Shown piece by piece: positions 13,512 to 24,741 of a stretch of 64,000 nt of DNA (positions are counted from its first letter, which is position 1; each line of letters starts with the position of its first letter). The stretch is from Macrostomum lignano (lineage: Eukaryota): NCBI GenBank assembly GCA_002269645.1, contig NIVC01000612.1, forward strand, positions 144,620-208,619, read 5' to 3'. The notes beneath the pieces are model-generated. The model had not been told where the DNA came from, did not search any database, and was given only the letters and a program-made list of their open reading frames with translations. A program made the translations under genes and the position numbers.

Positions 13512-16500
13512 TTACCTTCTTAACTTAAAAATGTTGGCTATTGCGTCAAAAAAGACAACACGATTTGTGCGACCAGAACTTGACAGCCGATCGAAAACCG
13601 GCCTGCTCTGAAATTGTTCGCAGATTGATAAAACTGACCGACTTGAACTATCTCTGTCCGTGAGACAGTCTGGTCCGAGCTCGTTCACCAGCCACTCGAG
13701 TGCTGAGCTGCTCACAGCATTGAAAGCAGCACAGTGCACTGCAGTCTTGTTTTGCCTTCCTCTCAGCTTGAAACACTCGACTCCATTCATCTTCTCTTTG
13801 ATGAACTGCATTGATTCCGCCTTCTGGACCTCAGCCGCAAGGTGGATGACTGTGTCATTGTTAGCATCTCTGTCAGTGAGACAGTCTGATCCGAGCTCGT
13901 TCACCAGCCACTCGAGTGCTGAGCTGCTCACAGCATTGATAGCAGCACAGTGCACTACAGTCATGTTTTGCATTCCTCTCAGCTTGAAACACTCGACTCC
14001 ATTCATCTTCTCTTTGATGAACTGCATTGATTCCGCCTTCTGGAACGCAGCCGCAAGGTGGATGGCTGTTTCATTGATTGCATCTCTGTCAGTGAGACAG
14101 TCTGGTCCAAGCTCGTTCACCAGCCACTCGAGTGCTGAGCTGCTCACAGCATTGAAAGCAGCACAGTGCACTGCAGTCCTGTTGTTCTATCCTCTCAGCT
14201 TGAAACACTCGACTCCATTCATCTTCTCTTTGATGAACTGCATTGATTCCGCCTTCTGGGATATGGCCGCAATGTGGATGACTGTGTCATTGTTTGCATC
14301 TCTGCTAGTGAGACAGTCTGGTCCGAGCTCGTTCACCAGCCACTCGAGTGCTGAGCTGCTCACAGCATTGCAAGCAGCCCAGTGCACTGCAGTCCTGTTG
14401 TTCATTCCTCTCAGCTTGAAACACTCGACTCCATTCATCTTCTCTTTGATGAACTGCATTGATTCCGCCTTCTGGAACTCAGCCGCAATGTGAATGACTG
14501 TGCTATTGTTTGCACTTCTGTCAGTGAGACAGTCTGGTCCGAGCTCGTTCACCAGCCACTCGAGTGCTGAGCTGCTCACAGTATTGATAGCAGCACAGTG
14601 CACTGCAGTCATGTTTCGCCTTCCTCTCAGCTTGAAACACTCGACTCCATTCATCTTCTCTTTGATGAACTGCATTGATTCCGCCTTCTGGAACTCAGCC
14701 GCAGTGTGGATGACTGTGTCATTGTCTGCATCTCTGTCAGTGAGACAGTCTGGTCCGAGCTCGTTCACCAGCCACTCGAGTGGTGAGCTGCTCACAGCAT
14801 TGAAAGCTGCACAGTGCACTGCAGTCTGGTTTTGCCTTCCTCTCAGCTTGAAACACTCGACTCCATTCATCTTCTCTTTGATGAACTGCATTGATTCCGC
14901 CTTCTGGAACTCAGCCGCAGTGTGGATGACTGTGTTATTGTTTGCATCTCTGTCAGTGAGACAGTCTGGTCCGAGCTCGTTCACCAGCCACTCGAGTGCT
15001 GAGCTGCTCACAGCATTGAAAGCAGCACAGTGCACTGCAGTCCTGTTTAGAATTCCTCTCAGCTTGAAACACTCGACTCCATTCATCTTCTCTTTGATGA
15101 ACTGCATTGATTCCGCCTTCTGGAACTGAGCCGCAATGTGGATGACTGTGTCATTGCTTGCATCTCTGTCAGCGAGACAGTCTGGTCCGAGCTCGTTCAC
15201 CAGCCACTCGAGTGCTGAGCTGCTCACAGCATTGAAAGCAGCACAGTGCACTGCAGTCTTGTTTTGCCTTCCTCTCAGCTTGAAACACTCGACTCCATTC
15301 ATCTTCTCTTTGATGAACTGCATTGATTCCGCCTTCTGGAACTGAGCCGCAATGTGGATGACTGTGTCATTGTCTGCATCTCTGTCAGTGAGACAGTCTG
15401 GTCCGAGCTCGTTCACCAGCCACTCGAGTGCTGAGCTGCTCACAGCATTGAAAGCAGCAGAGTGCACTGCAGTCCTGTTTAGAATTCCACTCATCTTGAA
15501 ACACTCGACTCCATTCATCTTCTCTTTGATGAACTGCATTGATTCCGCCTTCTGGAACGCAGCCGCAATGTGGATGACTGTGTCATTGCTTGCATCTCTG
15601 TCAGTGAGACAGTCTGATCCGAGCTCGTTCACCAGCCACTCGAGTGCTGAGCTGCTCACAGCATTGAAAGCAGCACAGTGCACTGCAGTCCTGTTTAGAA
15701 TTCCTCTCAGCTTGAAACACTCGACTCCATTCATCTTCTCTTTGATGAACTGCATTGATTCCGCCTTCTGGAACTGAGCCGCAATGTGAATGACTGTGCT
15801 ATTGTTTGCATCTCTGTCAGTGAGACAGTCTGGTCCGAGCTCGTTAACTAGCCACTCGAGTGCTGAGCTGCTCACAGCATTGATAGCAGCACAGTGCACT
15901 GCAGTCACGTCTTGCCTTCCTCTCAGCTTGAAACACTCGACTCCATTCATCTTCTCTTTGATGAACTGCATTGATTCCGCCTTCTGGAACTCAGCGGCAG
16001 TGTGGATGACTGTGTCATTTTTTGCATCTCTGTCAGTGAGACAGTCTGGTCCGAGCTCGTTAACTAGCCACTCGAGTGCTGAGCTGCTCACAGCATTGAA
16101 AGCAGCACAGTGCACTGCAGTCTTGTTTTGCCTTTCTCTCAGCTTGAAACACTCGACTCCATTCATCTTCTCTTTGATGAACTGCATTGATTCCGCCTTC
16201 TGGAACTGAGCCGCAATGTGAATGACTGTGCTATTGTTTGCATCTCTGTCAGTGAGACAGTCTGGTCCGAGCTCGTTAACTAGCCACTCGAGTGCTGAGC
16301 TGCTCACAGCATTGATAGCAGCACAGTGCACTGCAGTCACGTCTTGCCTTCCTCTCAGCTTGAAACACTCGACTCCATTCATCTTCTCTTTGATGAACTG
16401 CATTGATTCCGCCTTCTGGAACTCAGCGGCAGTGTGGATGACTGTGTCATTTTTTGCATCTCTGTCAGTGAGACAGTCTGGTCCGAGCTCGTTAACTAGC

Positions 16501-17806
16501 CACTCGAGTGCTGAGCTGCTCACAGCATTGAAAGCAGCACAGTGCACTGCAGTCCTGTTGTTCCATCCTCTCAGCTTGAAACACTCGACTCCATTCATCT
16601 TCTCTTTGATAAACTGCATTGATTCCGCCTTCTGGAACTGAGCCGCAATGTGGATGACTGTGCTATTGTTTGCATCTCTGTCAGTGAGACAGTCTGGTCC
16701 GAGCTCGTTAACTAGCCACTCGAGTGCTGAGCTGCTCACAGCATTGAAAGCAGCACAGTGCACTGCAGTCATGTTTTGCCTTCCTCTCAGCTTGAAACAC
16801 TCGACTCCATTCATCTTCTCTTTGATGAACTGCATTGATTCCGCCTTCTGGGATATGGCCGCAATGTGGATGACTGTGTCATTGTTTGCATCTCTGCTAG
16901 TGAAACAGTTTGTCCGAGCTCGTTCACCAGCCACTCGAGTGCTGAGCTGCTCACAGCATTGCAAGCAGCCCAGTGCACTGCAGTCCTGTTGTTCCATCCT
17001 CTCAGCTTGAAACACTCGACTCCATTCATCTTCTCTTTGATGAACTGCATTGATTCCGCCTTCTGGAACTCAGCGGCAGTGTGGATGACTGTGTCATTTT
17101 TTGCATTTCTGTCAGTGAGACAGTCTGATCCGAGCTCGTTAACTAGCCACTCGAGTGCTGAGCTGCTCACAGTATTGATAGCAGCATAGTGCACTGCAGT
17201 CCTGTTGTTCCATCCTCTCAGCTTGAAACACTCGACTCCATTCATCTTCTCTTTGATGAACTGCATTGATTCCGCCTTCTGGAACTCAGCCGCAGTGTGG
17301 ATGACTGTGTCATTGTTTGCATCTCTGTCAGTGAGACAGTCCGCTTCGAGTTCGAACATCAGCCATTGGAATGTCGATCCATGATCTGTGAGATTCTCAG
17401 CTGCCTTATGCATCACTGTTTTATGCCTGCTATCTCTTGCTTCGAATGGGTTCCAGTCCGCTTCTATTGCCTGCAGCTTCTGTTTCAGGAACTCCATCGT
17501 CTCCGCAGTCTGACTCTTCGCTGCCAGGTGAGTCACCGAGTCGCCATCGCTATCAACCAGCCGAAATATGTCGACCCCGTGCCCCATCTCCAGTAATCGT
17601 AGAACCGGCAGTCCGTCTCTGTCCCGAGCTGCAGCAAACATGACGCCTTTGGCGAAGTCTTCTCCAGGTCCGACGATGTTCTCGGACACCTGGAACAGCA
17701 GATCATCAGTCAGCCGTTCGTCTCCGGCTGCTACCGCCTGCTTGATCTGCCTATAGAGATGCTGGGAGGCCTCGTATTCGCTGGACTCGCTGGGACTCAA
17801 AGCTCT
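13512..17806 (-). pseudogene. Ankyrin-repeat array gene, copy A (17 x 72-aa units, ~34 ankyrin repeats plus degenerate N-terminal repeats); disrupted as assembled
   Basis: Acceptor CTAAT...TTTCAG before 17806 (phase 0, RALSP); T-x-x-H-x-A-A ankyrin motifs every 36 aa; 1-bp deletion near 16910; in-frame TAG at 14187-14189 where sister units have TGG. Confidence 0.9.
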
Positions 17807-17912
17807 CTGAAATCGGATTAGGCAGATGGTTATAATTAGTATAGGGTAGTTAAAGGCCTATGACATTGGCCGTGAAACTTAAGGACATATAGGTAAATTG
17901 CGAAGGGCAGAG

Positions 17913-17950
17913 CAGGGACTACTCAATAGGACTACTCAGAGTAGTCCCTG
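17913..17950. mobile_element. 38-bp micro-hAT element
   Basis: 12-bp TIR CAGGGACTACTC/GAGTAGTCCCTG; perfect 8-bp TSD GGGCAGAG (17905-17912, 17951-17958); the paralog near 42712 has a single GGGCAGAG. Confidence 0.88.
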
Positions 17951-18908
17951 GGGCAGAGCAGAAACATTTCCGCTCGGTTCGGTCGTGAGTGTCGTGCTAT
18001 GTGACTGCAAAGTGGCAGAGCAGTTGTTTTCCGCTATCATGTTGATGGGCTGCCGTGTCATCACCTGGCAGCCTCTCCGACTTTTTCGACATGATCTTTG
18101 TTGGTAAAGCGTGATGTATGAGAAAGCAGCGTTTCCGTTTGTCCGTTGCTCAACTTGGTGGTGCCGCTATCTACACTTCCTATCAACGACGTCTACGAGT
18201 ACTCTCTGCTTCGGCGGGGTGTGTGCAGAAACTAGCAGAATGCGCGAGAGACAGACGGTGTGTTTGTCTAGGCCGATGATATCGCCCTGCTGTCCTTTAA
18301 CCTCTACGCGACGGGTGGTGCTTGGCATCACCCTTGTTGCCAACGGCTGTGCCGAAATCGGGACATAGACTGTTTGACAATCGCTACAGTTGCTGCTGCA
18401 GCACCCCCTTTCCCGCCCAAAGGAGAAGGACAAGTTGTAGATCCTGTCTCAGTAATGAACTTCAGGAATACTCTTTTATATGTTTCAGTGCGAGAATATA
18501 TTTCGGTCTACTCCGAGGCTTAGATCTTATATACTATCTATAGTCAGAATAAGTGTATTGCCAAAAGGTATTCGTGCAGAGACACGCATATTCATATACC
18601 ACACTAGTGCTCAACAAGCAACTGTGTCCTTAGCAACGCCCAGGCAGCCACTTTTTGCCGAGACGCTGATGTGAAGACAACAGAACTTCTTGTCATGTCA
18701 GCATTTTATCTAGCTAGGAGTTCTAGTTTCTGATGCAGACATTGCTGCGGACTTGTCTATGCTGCTTGAGGGCATCCTTGCGACTCAAGGCCAACCAAAA
18801 CGCGTCTAGCTGTAAAACGCCACGACCTCGAATTAAAAAAAATTGCTCGGGTGCAAAATTGCAAAATATTTTTTTAGCCTGCCTGATTTGCCAAGCCCTG
18901 CACTCTCA

Positions 18909-20162
18909 ATGGACTCCACGTTAGGCAGCATGACCGTGCAGGCCCTCAAAGATGCCTTACGCGAGAAGGCCTTACCTACAAGTGGTAATAACGAAGAGCT
19001 GATAGGCCGCCTGCTCGCTGCAAGCCAGGCCGAACGAGCTCCCAGCGACGACGACGGTGACGACGACCAGGACGAAGATGACGTGCGGCGAAGCGGCGTC
19101 GGTGGCGCGTGTGTACAAAGGCATCCGAAAGGCCTGCCCATCGTGCGGGCGCCTCCTGGCAGCCACCAACATGGCACGCCACCTACGCAGCTGCGAAGCG
19201 AAGTAAGGGTCTCCCGGTGAGCTACGCCGAAAGGCGATAAAAAGCTAGAAGAAGAAGAAGAAGAAGAAGAAGATGACGTGCGCCGGGCTGCACCAGCGGA
19301 GGCCACAGAAGCGCAGATTCGGCAGACTCAGAAGAGGATCGAGCTGCTGAAACTGCAGAAGGCTGAGGCCCAGTTGCGGGATGAAGTGCAGTCGATCCGC
19401 AGGGGCGCCGCATCGCCCCCGCTGGCCAGGGGAGAGCCGGACATCTACGCCAGCCTGTTCAGGGACCAGGGCCGACAACAGACGTTTGATTCGGCCGGAG
19501 CCCAGCGGCCCCCATCAGCGCTGCTCATCCCGGACTTTCTGGACGAGAGGCAGCAGTCGGGAGGATGGCTGATGCAGGAAGGTGGTCGCCTGATTCTGAA
19601 AGGCGCAACGCCGAGCCTGTCCGGAGTCAACCTCGGCCAGTGGGTGGCTACCAACGCGCGGATCATGCAGCGACTGCTGGAGACCGGCCAGCTGGTGGCG
19701 CCCGGTACGGGTGGTCAGCCCGACTGCAAGAGGCTGAGCGCCTACCTCAACTTTAACATTCACATCGGCGAGCTGATCGACGCTGGCTACGACTGGAAGG
19801 TGGTGCTCCAGTACGACCAGGACATGAGGCTGCAGCAGCACTCGCGACAGCGCGACTGGAACAGCCCCGATCTGAACCTCATCATCAAGCATATGACGTC
19901 GCCCAAAAACCTGCGAGCTGCTGGCCCAGTGGCGGTCGGTCAAGGAGTCCAGGGTCACCGTAGCAGGGGCCAGCTGTCATCCGCTGGACAGGTCATCTGC
20001 GGCCTGTTCAATAGCAACAAAGGCTGTCACAGACACACCTGCAATTTCGTCCACATCTGCCGCATCTGCGATAAGGGAGCCACTCAAAGCTGCAACACAG
20101 CTGGGTGGCTGCCGAATCAAAAAACTGAGCAAAGAGGCGGGTCGCGGCGGCACCAGTGTTAG
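18909..20162 (+). pseudogene. DIRS/Ngaro gag (ORF1) interrupted by a LINE fragment
   Basis: ATG 18909; MTVQALKDALREKALPTSGNNEELIGRLL (SAP/HeH-like); CGLFNSNKGCHRHTCNFVHICRIC; the two ORF halves are in the same frame around a TSD-flanked insert. Confidence 0.82.
19088..19268 (+). mobile_element. 5'-truncated non-LTR retrotransposon 3' end (RTE-like) with (GAA)n tail
   Basis: Encodes ...KACPSCGRLLAATNMARHLRSCEAK* (CCHC-type finger), short UTR, (GAA)n; flanked by GAAGATGACGTGCG at 19074-19087 and 19269-19282. Confidence 0.82.
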
Positions 20163-20223
20163 CCCTAAGCGGACGGCGTCTGATAGACAGTCCAATGTTT
20201 TAATTCCATGCGAGACAGCTGCT

Positions 20224-20565
20224 CGCACTGCCACTGGCCCTGCCGCTCGCCCTGCCGCTCGCCCTACCACTCGCCCTGCCACTCGCCCTGCTGCTCGCCC
20301 TGCCGCTCGTACTGCCGCTCGCACTGCCACTCGCCTTGCCACTCGCCCTGCCACTCGCCCTGCCGCCGGCCCTGCTGCCGGCCCTGCTGCCGGTCCTGCT
20401 GCCGGTCCTGCTGCCGGTCCTGCTGCCGGCCCTGCTATTGGCCCTGCTGCCGGTCCTTCTGCCGGCCCTGCTGCCGGTCCTGCTGCCAGCGCTGCTGCCG
20501 GCCCTGCTGCCGGCCCTGCTGCCGGTCCTGCTGCCGGCCCTGCTGCCGGTCCTGTTGCCGGCCCG
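20224..20565 (+). repeat. 12-bp GC-rich minisatellite (CCTGCTGCCGGC / CCTGCCACTCGC) upstream of and in frame with RT
   Basis: The RT frame reads PAAR/PATR then PAAG repeats without stops from 19876. Confidence 0.9.
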
Positions 20566-22250
20566 GTGGCTGCACTCCGAAAACGTTGGCCGCTGTCAAC
20601 TGCTGCTTGGACACCAGTCCTGCACGGAGACTCGGACGCGGAGTTTCTGATCGCGGGAATTCGCGATGGCTTTCGCATCATCGACGCGGCTCCGACCAGC
20701 GAATCCCAGCGCGAAAATCATGCATCCGCCCGCTGCGAGGCGAATCGGCATGCCGTTGAGCTGCAGATCAGAGAGGAGGTCGTGACTGGCCGGTACATCC
20801 GCGCAACTGACTTGGGCATCGCCAGGCCGACCATCATCAGCCCACTGGGCGCCGTCCCGAAGGCAGACGGCGCCATCCGCCTGATTCACGACGCGTCCGC
20901 GCCACAGGGCAACAGCCTCAACGATCTGTACAAGCCCCACCAGAAGATGAAGTTTGCCAATGTCGAGGATCTCACCAGGCAGCTGGCACCAGGCTGGTTC
21001 CTCAGCAAGGTCGACCTTCGCCACGCCTACCGAAGCGTTCAGGTGCACCCAGACTGCTATCAGCCGACGGGGCTCCGGTGGACGTTCGAGCGGGACGGTC
21101 AGCCAACCTACCTGGTTGACACGCGACTCCCATTCGGTGCGGCGGCATCAGTCAATATTTTCCACCGCCTAACGCAAGCTGTCAAGCGCTTCATGTACAG
21201 GCAATTCTCACGTCTGTCCAAATTCACCATCATCGCATACCTCGACGATTTCTGCATAGCTGCCCAGGACTACGAGGTCTGCCTGCAGCCGCACAATTTT
21301 CTGCTGGCCACCCTGCAGCGCCTCGGCTTTGAGATCAACTGGGCCAAGACGCAGAGCCCAGCCACTTCGGTCACTTTCCTAGGTGTGCAGATCGACACAT
21401 TGACTGGCCTGCTGTCACTGCCCACCGAGAAGATGGACGGCCTTAGAGAACTTCTCCAGGACTGCGCCAACTCGAAGAGTCTGCAAAAACGTCGCCTTCA
21501 GCACCTAGTCGGCAAACTGAACTGGTTCTGCAAAGTGGCCAAACCTGCAAAGGCCCTGCTTCGCGCGCTCCTGGAGATTACCATCGCTATTCCCGAGCAG
21601 CATCATCGAGTACCGGTGCGCGGCGAGCTACTGGCCCAGTTGCAGTTCTGGCAGCGGTCGAGACGGACGCCTGCGTCAGTGCCGGTGGCATGATCCTGAG
21701 CATCTCTGATGGCCAGCGCGAGTTCCGCCTCGTCGACTTCTGCAGTGACACCGGTGGCATCTTCCTGAGCGAGCACGTCAACGCCAAGGAGACGGTACTG
21801 CCGCTGCTCGCTATCATTCTGTTCCAGGAGCAGCTGGCCGGCGGCAAGGTGGCCTGTTACATCGACAGCAGCGCGGCGGTCGGCACCATCAACCGCGGTG
21901 CCTCCAGCAACCCGATCGTCATGACCCTGCTCAAAACGGCCACTCTGGCAGCGCTGAGGCACGACTTTCAGTTTCGAGCTCACCATATGCCGGGGTCCTG
22001 GCAGCTGCTGAGCGACCCGCTGTTGCGCTGCCTGACGCATCCCTGCCACATGCTGCTGTTTCTGCTGCGCTACTTCGGCCGGGCCAAGGCGCAGCCGGAA
22101 GATCTGCGCAGGGCCTGCCTCAATGAGTCAACGACGGCCCGGTTGCTTGAGCAGGCGTCGCTCGCGCTGAGCCCCGGTCTCTGGCGCGGTTCTCGAGCGG
22201 AGCGAGTTGCGACGGCTGAAGCAGATCCCGAGCTCAGGTGCGAGTCTTAG
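20566..22250 (+). pseudogene. DIRS/Ngaro RT-RNase H
   Basis: [20 protein letters not shown]...RLIHDAS, KVDLRHAY, RLPFGAAASVNIF, YLDDF; RH TDAC from 21663 in a shifted frame (deletion near 21660). Confidence 0.9.
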
Positions 22251-22503
22251 AGCTAGTGCTTTGACCTGGCTTTTTTGGCTTGGTTTTAATTTCTTCTGCG
22301 GCTCGTTGATTTGATTTTACACGCTTGTCTCCGTCCTCCCTCTTTCTGTTGGTGTTGGGGTTCGTTTCCCCTTTCTGGGCCGCGTTTGCCGGTCTTTTGT
22401 GCCACTTGCTTTTCTCTGCGTTAGTTTTTTGGGGTTTAATATGTATATGTTTCAGCGCGAGAATATATTTCGGTCTACTCCGAGGCATAGATCTTATATA
22501 CTA

Positions 22504-24741
22504 CGAGGCCAACTCCTCCGTTGGCGGAGTAAGGGGATAGAACTCCCATCGGCTGAAATCCATCAGCTGAATCCAATGACACGAATCCCATCGTCCAAAT
22601 CCTCTCCAAATCCTCTATTAACCCCCCAAAAATCATGTTGTTTTACCTGTTTGCAAAAATTGACTGCCTGCCATTGTCCAGATTGAGACTCTCGTCTGTC
22701 CCTCTCTCCTCTTTGCTCTCTCATCTCTAATCTCTCCTATCTCCTCTCTGCTCTCATCTGCTCGTTTATCAATCATTTCTCATCTCATCTCGTATCTCTC
22801 ATCTCTACTCTCTTATCTCTCCTTTCTGCACTCTCATATCTACTCTCTTCTTTCTCCTCACTACTTTCTCCTCTACTTTTTCCTCTCTTCTCTTTTATCT
22901 CTTCACTCTCCTCTCCTTTATCTCCTCTCTGATCTCTCATCTTTCTACTTTCTCCCCTCTCCTCTCTCCCTTATCCTCTCGCTTCTCTCTCCTCTCTCTC
23001 CCCTCATCTTAACTCTTTTATCTCTTCTCTCTCGTCTTTTGGCTCTACTCCCTCCTGTCTCCTCTTTCTCCTCTCTTGTCCCCTCTCCTCTCTCCTCTCA
23101 ATTCCCTCATCTCTTCTCTCGCCTTTATTCTCTTTTTCTTTTCTCTAATCTGTCCCTTTTGATTCTCTCTTTTTATGTTCTCTTTCATCTAATATTTTAT
23201 CCACTCTTTCCTTTTCTCTTTTCTCTATTCCCTTTCATTTAGCCATTTCATCCTCTCTATGAAACAGATATAATCAAAATCCTCTCCATTAAACTGCAAT
23301 CCAGCGTGTATCATATCCTTCAAGCTACAATCCATCAATTAAAAGAATATTATCTCTATCAAATTTCAGTCACTCAAGACTATGAAACTGAAGTCTATAA
23401 AATATGCTTTTTACTTGTCTGGGTATACGTCAAAAAATTTAAAAAATCCTCCATAAAACCTCTGAAATATCATAGCATGTTTTCCCTGTTTGCAAAAATT
23501 GACTGCCATCGTCCAGTCTGAGACTCTCCTGTCTCCTCTCTCCTCTTTGCTCCTTTATCTAATCTCTTCTCTCTGCTCTCATCTCCTCTCTCATCTCTAC
23601 TCTTACTTTCTTATCAATCACCTCCCATCTCCCATCTCTCCTCTCTGCGCTCTTATCTCTTTTTTCTTATCTCTAGTCTCTCATCTTTCCCCTTCGCTCT
23701 CTCATTTTTCCTCTCTCCCCTCCTTTCTTCCCTCTACATTCTCTTCTCTTCGCTCTCCCTCTTCATCATTCCCGCCTCACTCCCCTCTTCTCTCCCCTCT
23801 GTCGTCGACTCGTCTTTAATCTCACAGCTCTCATATCTACTGTCTTTTCTATCATCTTTCTATCCTCTCTTCTCCTTGAAATATTTTCTCTCTACTCTCT
23901 TATCTGACGGACTGAAAGCGCCGATAATCAAACCAATTGAAATTTATCACCCGCCTCTTCCATTACTGAAATTACTCAAATGATAGCTGGCTTGAATTTG
24001 TGTACGCAACCTTCCCCCCCCCCCCCCCAACTACAATCTTGGCAGAAAGTTTAAAAGTATGGAAATCGTTTTTTCAATGCTGTGCTTTTTGTTTTCATAT
24101 TTAAAACAAATAACTTATATCCCCAAACTCAGCGTTGCAAGATCTTTCCAGCAATACAAATTCTCTCCTCTCAAAGCTTAAAACTCAAGGAACAGTTAGC
24201 GTTTGAACTTCCCGCTCGCAAGTTTATTCATTGAATTTAGCTGCCCAGCTAATACACAGCCTTTTGAAAGACGCCGATAATAAAACCAATTGAATCTCGA
24301 CACAGTCCTTATCGATCTGTTTACACAGTACATTGCTATGTACACTCAGCCCAAACCAACCCCCCTATTCCGGGGAATCATTAAATTTTACTGCACCCCC
24401 AACACGCAGGGGTTTTATTAGCATTGAACCCAGAACACGCGTCACCCACCCCTCCAAAACACAGCGACCCGCGGGAGGAGGTTGGGGTGGTTGTTTTTAC
24501 AATTATGCCACTACCCCTCCACTGGAGAGGCAATGTGGCCAAAGAAGGTTAAGAAAACAGTTTTCTGCTTTTTTAACTGACTTAATTTTGGAAATTTCAA
24601 CATTAAAATAGCCTATTTGTTGCGTAGGAAAATTCTACATTGATATATATAAGTCTCGCATTTGAGTTGGCAGCCGTCTAGGAGGAGATACGCGTTAAAC
24701 CCGGCCGGTCGATCGATCGACCCACTCAGCTTTAGATATAA
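22504..24741 (-). mobile_element. Non-autonomous Helitron-like element, copy 1 (contains a CT/GA-rich segment)
   Basis: Minus-strand 3' end GCCAAC-GGAGGA-GTTGGC hairpin then CTCG|T; 5' region TATATCTAAAG...CTCCTCCTAG; inserted at an A|T site compared with the 18478-18540 copy. Confidence 0.68.

Larger units (their letters stand above)
18852..22442 (+). mobile_element. DIRS/Ngaro-type (tyrosine-recombinase class) retrotransposon, YR deleted; boundaries approximate
   Basis: gag with SAP-like motif and CCCH-type finger, overlapping RT (YLDDF) and RNase H (TDAC...HVNAKE...AHHMPG); no protease, integrase or intact YR. Confidence 0.85.

Noticed and set aside
13660-17189. Long plus-strand ORFs over the ankyrin arrays (also 40374-42403)
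   Set aside because: Antisense shadows of the repeated coding unit; they stop at the same position in each unit with a Gln-Phe codon pair and have no independent features.
20208-20759. Cys-rich keratin-associated or metallothionein-like ORF (CCRSCCRP)
   Set aside because: Alternative frame of the 12-bp minisatellite inside the Ngaro element.
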